Part shown: positions 28,615 to 38,006 of the stretch, one piece after another
Numbering within the stretch: position 1 is the first letter of the stretch
Layout of the letters: every line of letters begins with the position of its first letter
Source: a virus
Reading direction: 5' to 3' (one strand)
Length of the DNA stretch: 64,000 nucleotides
Virus record (IMG/VR): IMGVR_UViG_3300042988_001121
Span: 1 to 64,000 of that record
Notes under the pieces: generated by a model
What the model saw: only the letters and a program-made list of their open reading frames with translations
Databases searched by the model: none
Told to the model about the DNA's origin: nothing
Position numbers and translations under genes: made by a program

Positions 28615-30245
28615 TGGCAGTATTCGATAACAATGAACTGAATATTTTTGGGTTCACTATCAGAAAAAAATCTGATAGTACCCAAGAGTTAAATTCGTTC
28701 GTACCAAAGGCAGATGATACGGGCGGTATTGAAAATATCGTAACTGGCTCTGGTGCAGCATATAACTCATATTCAATTGATCTTGATCCCTCTGGTATTA
28801 AGAAGGAATCCGATCTTGTTCAGCGTTATCGTGAGTTGTCTTTAGTTGCTGATGTTGACAATGCAATATCAGAGATTGTTGACGAGTTTATTGTCAACGA
28901 TGAAGATGTTGCGTTGTCTCTTGATTTTACTGAAAAATTCGTTGAAAAATATTCAGAGAAGACTCGTGAATTGATTATAAACGAGTTTGAGAATATTTTG
29001 TCCATGATGAATTTCGATTTGAATTCTCAGGACATTTTTAGAAATTGGTATGTTGATGGAAGACTCGCATATCACAAGGTTATTGATGCCAAAAACCCAA
29101 AATCAGGTATCGTTGAATTACGTCCAATTGATGTAGCCAAACTTAAACGTATCGTAGAAGTAATAAAAGAAAAAGATACGAAGACACAGGCGACAATTAT
29201 CAAGGGACAGAAAGAATATTACATCTACTCTGATACAGGGTTTGATGGTGACAATAAAACTGGACTGAAGATTGCAACAGATGCAATTACTTATGTTACC
29301 AGTGGTCTATATGATCGTCTGACCAATATGCCTCTGTCATATCTGCATAAAGCGATTCGTCCAATGAATCAAGTCAGAATGATGGAAGACAGCGATGTTA
29401 TCTATAGAATGACTCGTGCGCCAGAGCGTAGGGTATTCTATATCGATACAAGCGGCATGAATCGTACCAAGGCAGAACAATACATCAAAGATGTGATGGC
29501 TCGGTATAAGAACAAACAAGTATATGATGCCACAACTGGAACACTCAAGGATGACAAAAAGCATCTGAGTATTCTTGAAGATTTCTGGCTCCCTCGCGCA
29601 AACGGCGGAAAGGGTACAGAAATCACAACACTTCCTTCTGGTGGTGGTCTTGGTTCACTTGAGAATACAGAATATTTCCAAACTAAATTGTGGCGTGCAC
29701 TGAATATTCCTCTGTCAAGAATGCAGCAAGGACAGGGTACATTCAATCTTGGTCGTGGTAATGAAATTACTCGCGATGAAATTAAATTCAACAAGTTCAT
29801 TCTTAAACTGAGAAGACGGTTCAATTTACTTTTCCTTGATCTGCTGAAGACTCAATTACTATTAAAAGGAATTGCGACTCAAGAAGATTGGGACATAATT
29901 AAGGATCAATTAGTCTTTAAATATGGCAAGGACAATTTCTTTGCTGAATTGAAAGAAATTGATATGTGGCGCGAACGCATGACAAGTGTTCAATTGGCAG
30001 ATCAATTTGTTGGGAAATATTTCAGCAAACGATATATCCAAAGAACTCTGTTGAGAATGACCGACGAAGAAATTAAGACAATGGACGAACAGATCGATGA
30101 GGAAACTCCTGATGAACCTGTTGAACCAGAAATGCAAGATCAACAGAATCAAGATCAGGCTCCACAGGAACAGGATCAACAAGAACCTCAGAATGCATAT
30201 GATGCATATGATTCAAACACAGAATATGGTAAGGGTGAAAAATGA
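28614..30245 (+). CDS. 20: Portal vertex protein gp20
   Basis: FR.WYVDGR, SYLHKAIRP.NQ.RMMED..VIYR.TRAPERRVFYID, LEDFWLPR..G.KGTEITTLP, ITRDE.KF.KF. Confidence 0.98.
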   Translation: MAVFDNNELNIFGFTIRKKSDSTQELNSFVPKADDTGGIENIVTGSGAAYNSYSIDLDPSGIKKESDLVQRYRELSLVADVDNAISEIVDEFIVNDEDVALSLDFTEKFVEKYSEKTRELIINEFENILSMMNFDLNSQDIFRNWYVDGRLAYHKVIDAKNPKSGIVELRPIDVAKLKRIVEVIKEKDTKTQATIIKGQKEYYIYSDTGFDGDNKTGLKIATDAITYVTSGLYDRLTNMPLSYLHKAIRPMNQVRMMEDSDVIYRMTRAPERRVFYIDTSGMNRTKAEQYIKDVMARYKNKQVYDATTGTLKDDKKHLSILEDFWLPRANGGKGTEITTLPSGGGLGSLENTEYFQTKLWRALNIPLSRMQQGQGTFNLGRGNEITRDEIKFNKFILKLRRRFNLLFLDLLKTQLLLKGIATQEDWDIIKDQLVFKYGKDNFFAELKEIDMWRERMTSVQLADQFVGKYFSKRYIQRTLLRMTDEEIKTMDEQIDEETPDEPVEPEMQDQQNQDQAPQEQDQQEPQNAYDAYDSNTEYGKGEK

Positions 30246-30394
30246 ACATCATTGATACAATCATGACAAATCCAGATGAAGCTAAACAGGCACTGATTGA
30301 TTCTATCAATCGTAAATGTATGGATATTCTGGATCAGATGGCAAGTGAACCAAATATTAGTTCGGATACGGAAGATTTAGATGGCGCTGAATAA
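30242..30394 (+). CDS. Small prohead core protein (gp67-like position; not in ORF track)
   Basis: 50-aa acidic ORF MNIIDTIMTNPDEAKQALIDSIN..., ATGA overlap with the gene 20 stop. Confidence 0.5.
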   Translation: MNIIDTIMTNPDEAKQALIDSINRKCMDILDQMASEPNISSDTEDLDGAE

Positions 30395-30749
30395 AACGAT
30401 AATTAAAGCTGATCCAAGAGAAGTCATTGTTAAATGGGTCGGAAGTGGTACAGATACACTTACCCTTGCCTCTCTTGTTAGTACAGGTCAGACATTGACA
30501 GGAACCGTTGTACCTACAGTGGATATCCTAGCTGTTAGTACAAGCATCAGTGCTGCCGGTGAATGCACCATTACTCGTAACGGGCAGGATGTTCTGAAGG
30601 TTCATGATAATTACGAATTCCAGACAGATGGAATTATCACTGCTGTATTAAAAGAAAACTCTAGTCATGACATTGCTGTGAATCTTGCTGCTGCCGGTAC
30701 TCTGATCATGAGACTGCGTAAGACACAAGGCTATAGTTTAGGCGAATAA
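30381..30749 (+). CDS. Hypothetical protein in head operon
   Basis: 122-aa ORF between portal and protease genes. Confidence 0.65.
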   Translation: MALNKTIIKADPREVIVKWVGSGTDTLTLASLVSTGQTLTGTVVPTVDILAVSTSISAAGECTITRNGQDVLKVHDNYEFQTDGIITAVLKENSSHDIAVNLAAAGTLIMRLRKTQGYSLGE

Positions 30750-32527
30750 TGAAATTCATTACAGAAACATTCAATGATCCACTGAGTCTCTTGCTTGAAG
30801 CCGATGAGACTGGTAAGAAATTCTTACATATTCAAGGACCATTTGCTGTTGCGGAACAGAAGAATAAGAACGGTCGTATCTATCCAAAGCACGTTATGGA
30901 AAGTGCGGTAGACAGATATACCAACGATTATATTTCTCCTAGAAAAGCATTGGGGGAAATGAACCACCCTTGTTTCAAACCCGGAGCGAAGGTTTTTGTT
31001 TACAAAAAAGGTCTTATTAACATAGAAGATGTTAGTAAGGGAGATTATGTATATGGCACGACAAAGGAAGGTATTAGTAAACTTTCCCTAGTCATCGACA
31101 CGACAGAAACGCTGTTTTCAGGGGAATTGTATAATTTTGATTCTAGAGCGTTTAAAGCAACAGTCACTCCATATCATAGATTCTATTTGAAAAATAGAAA
31201 TGGCGAGTTCTCGGTTGTCACCGCAAATGACATTTTATCCGATTTTGAATCTGGTAGTAGAAAGTTATCGCATTCTTATATCCCAAGAACACTTGAAAAT
31301 TGGCAGGGAGACGAAGAAGAATATATCGAATTATTTCCAACAAGAGAAAGAAAAAATACTTATAATAAATCTTCTCTTGTGATGAAATTTAAAGATTTCT
31401 GTGCTTTCATGGGTATATATCTTTCAGAGGGTAATATAGATTATTACACGAGGAAGGACGATTCGAGAACTTATGGTGAAATAACAATTACACAAAATAT
31501 AGGAACGAACCTCGATCTAATAATAGATTTGGTTTCTAAACTTGGTGTAGATTCTACGAATATTAGATTGAAAAGAAACGGAAAAAGTACGGGGGTCGTA
31601 ATTTCTGACAATCGTTTAGCCGATTATCTTTCTCAGTTCGGAGACTGTTATACAAAATTTGTACCAGATATAATACTGAACGCATCAAAGGAAAATATTA
31701 AAGAATTTCTTGATTGGTATCAGTTAGGCGATGGTTCCAGTGTAACTATAAACCAAAAAGGAAAAGATTACACCAGAAATGATGTATTCACAGTTTCCGA
31801 AAAACTAGCAGACGGTCTAATCGAATGTATTATAAAATTGGGGTTTAGTACAACAAAGAGAGTACAACTTTCAAATGAAGATTATATGTTTGCCGGTAGA
31901 ATTATAAAATGCGAGTCAAAATCTCCTTTGTTTAGAATGACCATTGGTAAAGGCGTTGGAAAATATGTTGACGAAAGATTTACTAAAATAAATAAAGAAC
32001 AATATACAGGAAATGTATACTGTCTTGTAACAGAGACAGACAATTTTATGGTTGAACAAAACGGAACTGTATTTCTTAGTGGTAATTGCAGACTTAACAT
32101 TGATTACGAAAGAGCCACACATCTTATCACAGAAATGAAACAGGATGGTAATGTGTGGATCGGTAAAGCTAAAGTTCTCAAGACCCCTATGGGTAAGGTT
32201 CTTGAAGGATTGTTGGAATCTGGTGTTGCTGTAGGTGTTTCTACTCGCGGTGCCGGTTCTATCACAGAGTCGAATGGCGCTAAAATGGTAGGAGATGATT
32301 TTTTCATGACTTCCGTTGATGTTGTTTCAGACCCATCTGGTCCCGGATGTGTTGTTAATTCTATCATGGAAGGCAGAGAATTCGATCTAGATGGGTTCGG
32401 CAATGCAATAGTCGAAGATTTAGCTGCAATCGCAAAAAAAGAATATGACAAAAAGCGATTGACAGAGCAAAGAAAAGTTGAATTGTTTAACCAATTCATT
32501 AAAAGTGTCCAAATTGGGCGCAAATAA
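30749..32527 (+). CDS. 21: Prohead protease gp21 precursor containing an intein
   Basis: N-extein I.G.F..AE.KNKNGRIYP...ALGEMNHP; C-extein GKAKVL.TPMG..L.GLLE.GV..GVSTRG.GS..D.VSDPS. Removing 372 aa leaves a 220-aa gp21. Confidence 0.95.
   Translation: MKFITETFNDPLSLLLEADETGKKFLHIQGPFAVAEQKNKNGRIYPKHVMESAVDRYTNDYISPRKALGEMNHPCFKPGAKVFVYKKGLINIEDVSKGDYVYGTTKEGISKLSLVIDTTETLFSGELYNFDSRAFKATVTPYHRFYLKNRNGEFSVVTANDILSDFESGSRKLSHSYIPRTLENWQGDEEEYIELFPTRERKNTYNKSSLVMKFKDFCAFMGIYLSEGNIDYYTRKDDSRTYGEITITQNIGTNLDLIIDLVSKLGVDSTNIRLKRNGKSTGVVISDNRLADYLSQFGDCYTKFVPDIILNASKENIKEFLDWYQLGDGSSVTINQKGKDYTRNDVFTVSEKLADGLIECIIKLGFSTTKRVQLSNEDYMFAGRIIKCESKSPLFRMTIGKGVGKYVDERFTKINKEQYTGNVYCLVTETDNFMVEQNGTVFLSGNCRLNIDYERATHLITEMKQDGNVWIGKAKVLKTPMGKVLEGLLESGVAVGVSTRGAGSITESNGAKMVGDDFFMTSVDVVSDPSGPGCVVNSIMEGREFDLDGFGNAIVEDLAAIAKKEYDKKRLTEQRKVELFNQFIKSVQIGRK
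30971..32086 (+). mobile_element. Intein with LAGLIDADG endonuclease in gp21
   Basis: Starts CFKPGAKV, block B VTPYHRFY, FMGIYLSEGNI and WYQLGDGS motifs, ends VYCL.TETDNF...VFLSGN before a +1 Cys. Confidence 0.92.
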
Positions 32528-32581
32528 TTGATGCAATTCGTGAATTAAATAAATAATTAAAAACCAATTTTGGAGTTCTAT

Positions 32582-33448
32582 ATGACATTGGAAGAACGTA
32601 TTAAACAGATGCTGGAAGAAGCAAACAAGACTGTGGCAGAAGAAACCACAACCATTGTTGCTGAAACCACTACAACCACAGAAACTGTCGAACAACCTAC
32701 AGAGAATATTGTTGAGAACAAAGACAACAAAGTAAGTTCACAGGTTTCTGCTCTGCTTGAAGCAGAAGGGTTGAGCGAAGATTTTAAACTTCAGGCTGTT
32801 ACTATTTTTGAAGCCGCTGTTGCTGATCGCACCATGCAAATTCAAGAACAGTTGCAAGAAGAATTTGAAACAAAACTGCAAGAAGCGCAAGCTGAATTGG
32901 CAGATCATATTGATGGATATTTGACTGAAATTGCTCAGGAATGGGCAGCTAATAATGAAGTAGCTATTCGTGCTAACTTCAAGACAAAACTGGCAGAAAG
33001 TTTTATTGATGGCTTGCAGGCTCTCCTGTCTGAGCATAACATTGATTTGCCAGAAGATCAAGAAAACGCACTCGAATTGGCGCTGGAGCAAGTTACTGAA
33101 TTGGAAGATGCAGTTGCTGCTGAAAAGGCTAAACAAACTTCTTTGCAAGAAGAAATCAATGCGCTCAAGGCTACTGCTATCATGGAATCCTTCAAGGACA
33201 AAATGGCAGCAACAGAATTTGATCGCTTTAAGCAACTGACAGAATCTGTCAAATTCACTAACGAAACTCAATACGCAAAACAACTGAATATCGTATTGGA
33301 AAACTTTGGTAAGCTGGCAAAAGAATTCACAAAAGAGACAACTCAAATTGTGGAAGACGTTCAAGAAGTCGCAACAACTAAAATTGTGACTGAATCGAAC
33401 GATTCCGTGAATTTTTACGCTGATTTTATCAAATCAAGCCGAATCTAA
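32582..33448 (+). CDS. 22: Prohead core scaffold gp22
   Basis: LSEDFK.QA.TIFEAAV, IDGYL......W...N..AI, ESFI.GL..L..EHNID.PE. Confidence 0.93.
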   Translation: MTLEERIKQMLEEANKTVAEETTTIVAETTTTTETVEQPTENIVENKDNKVSSQVSALLEAEGLSEDFKLQAVTIFEAAVADRTMQIQEQLQEEFETKLQEAQAELADHIDGYLTEIAQEWAANNEVAIRANFKTKLAESFIDGLQALLSEHNIDLPEDQENALELALEQVTELEDAVAAEKAKQTSLQEEINALKATAIMESFKDKMAATEFDRFKQLTESVKFTNETQYAKQLNIVLENFGKLAKEFTKETTQIVEDVQEVATTKIVTESNDSVNFYADFIKSSRI

Positions 33449-33517
33449 ACGAGATTATCATTTCAATAAATAATTTCGTATTACGATAATTTCTCAATAT
33501 CCATTAAGGAATAAAAA

Positions 33518-34819
33518 ATGAAAACTGTACAACAACTCTTGGAAAAATGGGCACCCGTTCTGGATGCAGAAGGCGTTCCTACCATTGCTAACCGTCATCG
33601 TCGCGAAGTGACTGCTGTTCTGTTGGAAAACACAGAAAACGACATGAGCGAGCGTCGTCAACTGAACGAAGCTGCTCCTGTTACTCAAACTCAAGGCTAT
33701 CCTACCGATGGTTCCGGTTTGGCTAAATTCGATCCAGTGTTGATCAGCATGGTTCGCCGTTCTGCTCCACAGATGATTGCTTATGACGTTTGCGGCGTTC
33801 AGCCACTGCGTCAACCTACTGGTCTGGTGTTTGCTCTGCAAGCTCGTTATGGCAACCAATCTGGTGCCGAAGCTCTGTTCGGTGAAGCTAACTCCGGTTT
33901 CGGCGGCACTGGTACTCATGCTGGCACTGATCCTACTGCTGACTTCGTTGACCAAGACGCAGGTACTGCTGGCGACCAATTCGGTACAGTGACAACTGGC
34001 ACCGGTATGTCAACAGCAACTGCTGAAAGTTTGGGCGGTGGTGTTAATGCTTTCGGTGAAATGTCTTTCACTGTTGCTCAGATGACCGTTTCTGCTAAGA
34101 GCCGTGCTCTGCGTGCTGGTTACTCTGTTGAATTCGCTCAGGATATCAAGAACCTGCATGGTCTGGATGCTGATGCTGAGTTGTCTAGCATTCTGTCAAC
34201 AGAATTGCTGGCAGAAGTGAACCGCGAAGTTCTGCGTACAATCTACTCTGGCGCTAAAGTTGGTGCTCAAGACGCTACCAAAGCTGGTGTGTTTGACCTG
34301 TTGACTGACAGCGATGGTCGTTGGTTGGCAGAGCGTCACAAAGGTCTGTTGTTCCAGATCGAGCGTGAAGCTAACCGTATTGCTCAGACAACTCGTTTGG
34401 GTAAAGGTAACATCCTGATTTGTTCTTCTGACGTTGCTTCTGCTTTGGCTCTGGCTGGTGTGTTGGATTATGCTCCTGCTCTGGATGCAGCTAACAGCAT
34501 CAACGTTGATGAGTCTAGCGCAACTTTCGCTGGTGTTCTGAACAAGAAGATCAAAGTATATGTTGACCCATATGCTGGCGCTGCTGGTACACAAAACCAA
34601 TTCTTCTGCGTTGGTTACAAAGGTGACAGCGCATGGAAAGCCGGTTTGTTCTATTGCCCATATGTTCCTCTGCAACTGGTTCGTACAACTGATCCAGCTA
34701 CAATGACCCCAACAATGGCTTACCGGATGCGGTACGGTATCGCCCGTCACCCTCTGTTCCAAGGTGCCGGTCGTACCAATGAGTTCTATCGCATTGCGGC
34801 AGTTCGTAACGTTTTGTAA
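33518..34819 (+). CDS. 23: Major capsid protein gp23
   Basis: LLEKWAPVLD, FDPVLISMVRR..PQMIAYDVCGVQP...PTG..FA, F.EM.F.....TV.AKSRAL.A.YS.E.AQD.K..HGLDA..EL, FYCPYVPL. Confidence 0.99.
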   Translation: MKTVQQLLEKWAPVLDAEGVPTIANRHRREVTAVLLENTENDMSERRQLNEAAPVTQTQGYPTDGSGLAKFDPVLISMVRRSAPQMIAYDVCGVQPLRQPTGLVFALQARYGNQSGAEALFGEANSGFGGTGTHAGTDPTADFVDQDAGTAGDQFGTVTTGTGMSTATAESLGGGVNAFGEMSFTVAQMTVSAKSRALRAGYSVEFAQDIKNLHGLDADAELSSILSTELLAEVNREVLRTIYSGAKVGAQDATKAGVFDLLTDSDGRWLAERHKGLLFQIEREANRIAQTTRLGKGNILICSSDVASALALAGVLDYAPALDAANSINVDESSATFAGVLNKKIKVYVDPYAGAAGTQNQFFCVGYKGDSAWKAGLFYCPYVPLQLVRTTDPATMTPTMAYRMRYGIARHPLFQGAGRTNEFYRIAAVRNVL

Positions 34820-34834
34820 AATACAAAACTTAAC

Positions 34835-34859
34835 AAAAGGGCACTTCGGTGCCCTTTTT
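34835..34859. terminator. Bidirectional rho-independent terminator
   Basis: AAAAGGGCAC-TTCG-GTGCCCTTTTT between convergent gene 23 and the minus-strand endonuclease. Confidence 0.92.
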
Positions 34860-36499
34860 CATTTCTTTATCCCATAAACTTTGTTTCCGAAGTCATAAAT
34901 CTTTGAATACCCCAATTGTACCATAATATCTTCTGTTTTCATTGAAGAAAATTCAGGGTATTTTTCAATAAGTTTCCAGCGCTGAAACGTCATTCTGGAG
35001 TAACGCTTGCCGCCCTTATACCAACTGAACCCTTGCTCTGTTTGTTTTAGTTCAGTGAACCCCATATTTTCATATAGTTTTCCTGTTCCCCACCGAAGAT
35101 CACAATAAGAAATAATAGAGTCTGGTTTAGCGGATGACATAAAATGTTTTAGCAGTTTAGATGCACCGCCGATAACATTCGTATCGTTCAATGAGCAAAA
35201 TCGGAGCAATTCATACTGGTACTCTTTATTGAATCTAGACAAACCAAATGTCATTACAGCAACGAGTTCACCTGAATGTATTAGACCATATCTATGTTTT
35301 GATTGACACCAGCCCTGTATGTGATTTGTTTCAATAAATTCTCTACACTCAGTTTCTGTTAATTCAATGACAGAACATTTTCTTGCATGAATCTTTTTTT
35401 CTGTGATACCAAATATAGAACGAAGTCTTGAATAAACAATGTCTTCATTTTCGTCATCAAAGATTTTAATCAATCTGATACCAATTGAATCGCACATAAC
35501 TTTCTTGTGGTAATCGTCTTTATCTCGATGGAAGTAAAGACCATCATATTCAATCGCAATATTTTTCTCTGGAACAACTATATCCAACTCATATGGAGCA
35601 ATAAGTGTTCTGTCGTTTACCAAACAATTGAAACCGGCGTTCTGTAACATATCAACGATTCTTTTCTGTGGAACCGATCTGATGTTGCATTTAGGACAGA
35701 ATAATTCTTTTTTACTGAGAATGCTAGCCGAAAATTCAGTTGAACAGCAATTACATTTCCAGTTATATTTCTGATATCGAATATCCGATTCAATATACTT
35801 TTCAACTGTATCAAGACATTTTATGTTGCATGTAGTTTCAAGTAATGAAACCTTTTCTTTAAACCAAGGTATCGCAACATTCTGGTTATAGGTATCATTC
35901 AGTTTTCTTGACCCGAGCCTTTGTTGACGAATATTGTCTCTGTATTCTAAATTTGCATCTTTACAATCAACTGAACAGAAATCAGCAATACTTTTACCAT
36001 AAGGAGTTTGACTGACATTGTGAACAGGAATGATATCACCACACTCTTTACATTTCCGAATCAATTCGGAGCCATATTTTTCTATCTGAAGTAATGTCTT
36101 GATATCATTGAAATCGTGTTTCTCTTTAAGAGAGTCAACCGTTGCTTTTGACAGAAACTTATCTACCTTGCTCCATGAAAGATTACCATTCTGATCATAT
36201 AGAATAGAAAAATCTTCCAATATCGGTAAAGAAGAATCTTTTGTAGCAGAATACTCGTATTTACATTTCAATGAACAAGTTGATCCAAAAGACCCTTTCT
36301 TGAAATTGAGTCGGTCGAATACATCACCACATACCTTACATGTAGGAATCTCACCATGAATAACACCGGCTATCAGAGTCATTGCAGATAGCCCCTTGCG
36401 AACACCAAGGTAGGATTCAACCATTTCTCTATCTTCTGAAAAGGAAGATAACACATTGCTATTCAAGCCGCCCTGTTTGTTCAAATACTTTTCTAACAT
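34859..36499 (-). CDS. Hef-like free-standing homing endonuclease
   Basis: CxxC Zn-binding repeats, ELDI..PEKNIAIEYDGLYFH PD-(D/E)xK-type core, and ARKC...NHIQG...ELLRFCS...GGASKLLKHF...SYCDLRW C-terminal domain; opposite strand, AT-rich. Confidence 0.75.
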   Translation of the reverse strand: MLEKYLNKQGGLNSNVLSSFSEDREMVESYLGVRKGLSAMTLIAGVIHGEIPTCKVCGDVFDRLNFKKGSFGSTCSLKCKYEYSATKDSSLPILEDFSILYDQNGNLSWSKVDKFLSKATVDSLKEKHDFNDIKTLLQIEKYGSELIRKCKECGDIIPVHNVSQTPYGKSIADFCSVDCKDANLEYRDNIRQQRLGSRKLNDTYNQNVAIPWFKEKVSLLETTCNIKCLDTVEKYIESDIRYQKYNWKCNCCSTEFSASILSKKELFCPKCNIRSVPQKRIVDMLQNAGFNCLVNDRTLIAPYELDIVVPEKNIAIEYDGLYFHRDKDDYHKKVMCDSIGIRLIKIFDDENEDIVYSRLRSIFGITEKKIHARKCSVIELTETECREFIETNHIQGWCQSKHRYGLIHSGELVAVMTFGLSRFNKEYQYELLRFCSLNDTNVIGGASKLLKHFMSSAKPDSIISYCDLRWGTGKLYENMGFTELKQTEQGFSWYKGGKRYSRMTFQRWKLIEKYPEFSSMKTEDIMVQLGYSKIYDFGNKVYGIKK

Positions 36500-36531
36500 A
36501 AATACCCCAACAAAATAATTCATAGTATATC

Positions 36532-36735
36532 ATGGAATCAAGAACACATCAATTGGATAACACAAAACTCTCGGGTAACATCTTTGAAAGCATTCTAGCT
36601 GCTTCTCATGATTGCTATATGAGTCGAAGAAGGGAAAACAGAAACATAGAACTCGGGGCAGATGCACCAAGAGGAAAAGAATCTGCTTTCATTGGTGGCT
36701 GTGTAACGAGTCTTCTGAAGGTACAAAATGGCTGA
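36532..36735 (+). CDS. Hypothetical small protein
   Basis: 67-aa ORF downstream of a late box and overlapping the gp3 start; could be spurious. Confidence 0.35.
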   Translation: MESRTHQLDNTKLSGNIFESILAASHDCYMSRRRENRNIELGADAPRGKESAFIGGCVTSLLKVQNG

Positions 36736-37210
36736 TGCTGGTTTTAACCATCTACAGACAAATGCATTCACGTTTACTTTACAGAGGATGCAAGCAACTA
36801 CCTTTAGAATAACTTCAGCCGAGGTGCCATCAATTACTGTTCCTCCACCAAGTACAGGAACACAGGGAGCAACACAATATCATCCCGGTAGTTTCACTGA
36901 GTTTGATGAATTGTCTCTGAGATTTATTGTTGATGAAGACCTTCAGAATTACGAAGAAATATATCATTGGATAACACAACAGAGATATGCTATTGGCACT
37001 GCATATCAGCCAAAGTCAGATGCAGAGAAATTATTAGTGAGTGATGGGTTTCTAACGACTCTGACTAATAAGAGCAATCCAAATAGAACAATCTATTTTA
37101 AGGATATGTTTCCTATTGCATTAGGTAGTCTTGCATTCAATGTTCAAGAGACACCAGAACCATTGACATGTTGGGTAACATTTAGATTCAGTTACTTTGA
37201 GTTGAGGTGA
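36728..37210 (+). CDS. 3: Tail tube terminator/completion protein gp3
   Basis: N.F.F.L.R...F..TS..VPSIT, PG....FDELSLRFIVDEDLQNYEEIY.WI, F.D.FPI.LG.L.F, .TFRFSYFE. Confidence 0.9.
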   Translation: MADAGFNHLQTNAFTFTLQRMQATTFRITSAEVPSITVPPPSTGTQGATQYHPGSFTEFDELSLRFIVDEDLQNYEEIYHWITQQRYAIGTAYQPKSDAEKLLVSDGFLTTLTNKSNPNRTIYFKDMFPIALGSLAFNVQETPEPLTCWVTFRFSYFELR

Positions 37211-37254
37211 TCATCATTACAGGTACTCTGTACTCATAAGGATTCATTAGACTC

Positions 37255-38006
37255 TGTTTGGGTAAACCAAACCATAGTGTGCTCCGCACATCGCTACGCG
37301 ATCATCCTTTATTTTTCTTTTTTCTTTTCGCGACTCCCTCCGGTCATACAGCGGTTGAGAAAAACAAAGTTACCCCGTTTCCGGGGGTAAGACGATGTTT
37401 CTCCCAACCACCGTATGATTTAAATCAGCATAGCTGATCATACATCGGCGTCGAATGAACTTAGTTTGATTTACAACCCCATTCCTATCTCAGAATGTTT
37501 AGGTAGCGCGGTGATTAAACGCTTTACGTAGTTACCTCTATCACTGTGGGTACTGACAAGAAATCAAACGTCTTCCGGGTTACTCAGTGTTCTACAGAAC
37601 AAAATTCACTCCGGTTGTCAATACCGTGGCACGCCCGCAGGTGCCTCTGCCCACCCTATTTCAGATCATAGTGAGCTTACCCTACTCTTTCTTTCACCAC
37701 CCGTTATCTACGATAAACTGAATTCGTGTTTTTCGGGAGGAACCATATCCTCTTGTGGTCTACTCGATTAGATGTAGTCAATCCATTTAGCTATGTGGTC
37801 AACCCATAGCCTAAGTCATCAATGCTTCGTTACGCTGCCATTGACACCAGCTACAGACAGTTTAAGGAGTAGATTGCGGCTCCATCAACAGAACAGTAGT
37901 TTTAAGTGGTACTCGTCACTGATAAATAAAATGCAGTTTAGTGAGTATGCGGCTCAACAGATGGTACAGCAGAACAGTAGTTTTAAGTGGTACTCGTCAC
38001 TAACTT
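37255..38006 (-). ncRNA. Candidate large structured non-coding RNA (minus strand); boundaries approximate
   Basis: No credible ORF; many hand-verified helices, including a 22-bp helix with four G.U pairs and an 11-bp helix with one G.U that are perfect only on the minus strand; minus-strand late box CATAAATA at 38017-38010. Confidence 0.6.

Noticed and set aside
26010-34762. Long minus-strand ORFs opposite genes 18-23 (e.g. 27211-27777, 32738-33364, 34196-34762) and similar ones elsewhere (50769-51416)
   Set aside because: Antisense shadows of strongly codon-biased genes; no motifs, no SD, fully overlapping bona fide genes.
37738-37785. Group I intron core on the minus strand (GACTA ... AGGATATGGTTCC resembles the R and S elements)
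   Set aside because: The G-binding G-C pair of P7 would be G-U, the spacing for P3/P8 is very short, and no interrupted exon flanks the region.
37255-38006. tmRNA, RNase P RNA or group II intron as the identity of the structured region
   Set aside because: No GGGGC..CCACCA tRNA-like ends with a tag ORF, no GAGGAAAGUCC P4 motif, and no complete domain V hairpin on either strand.
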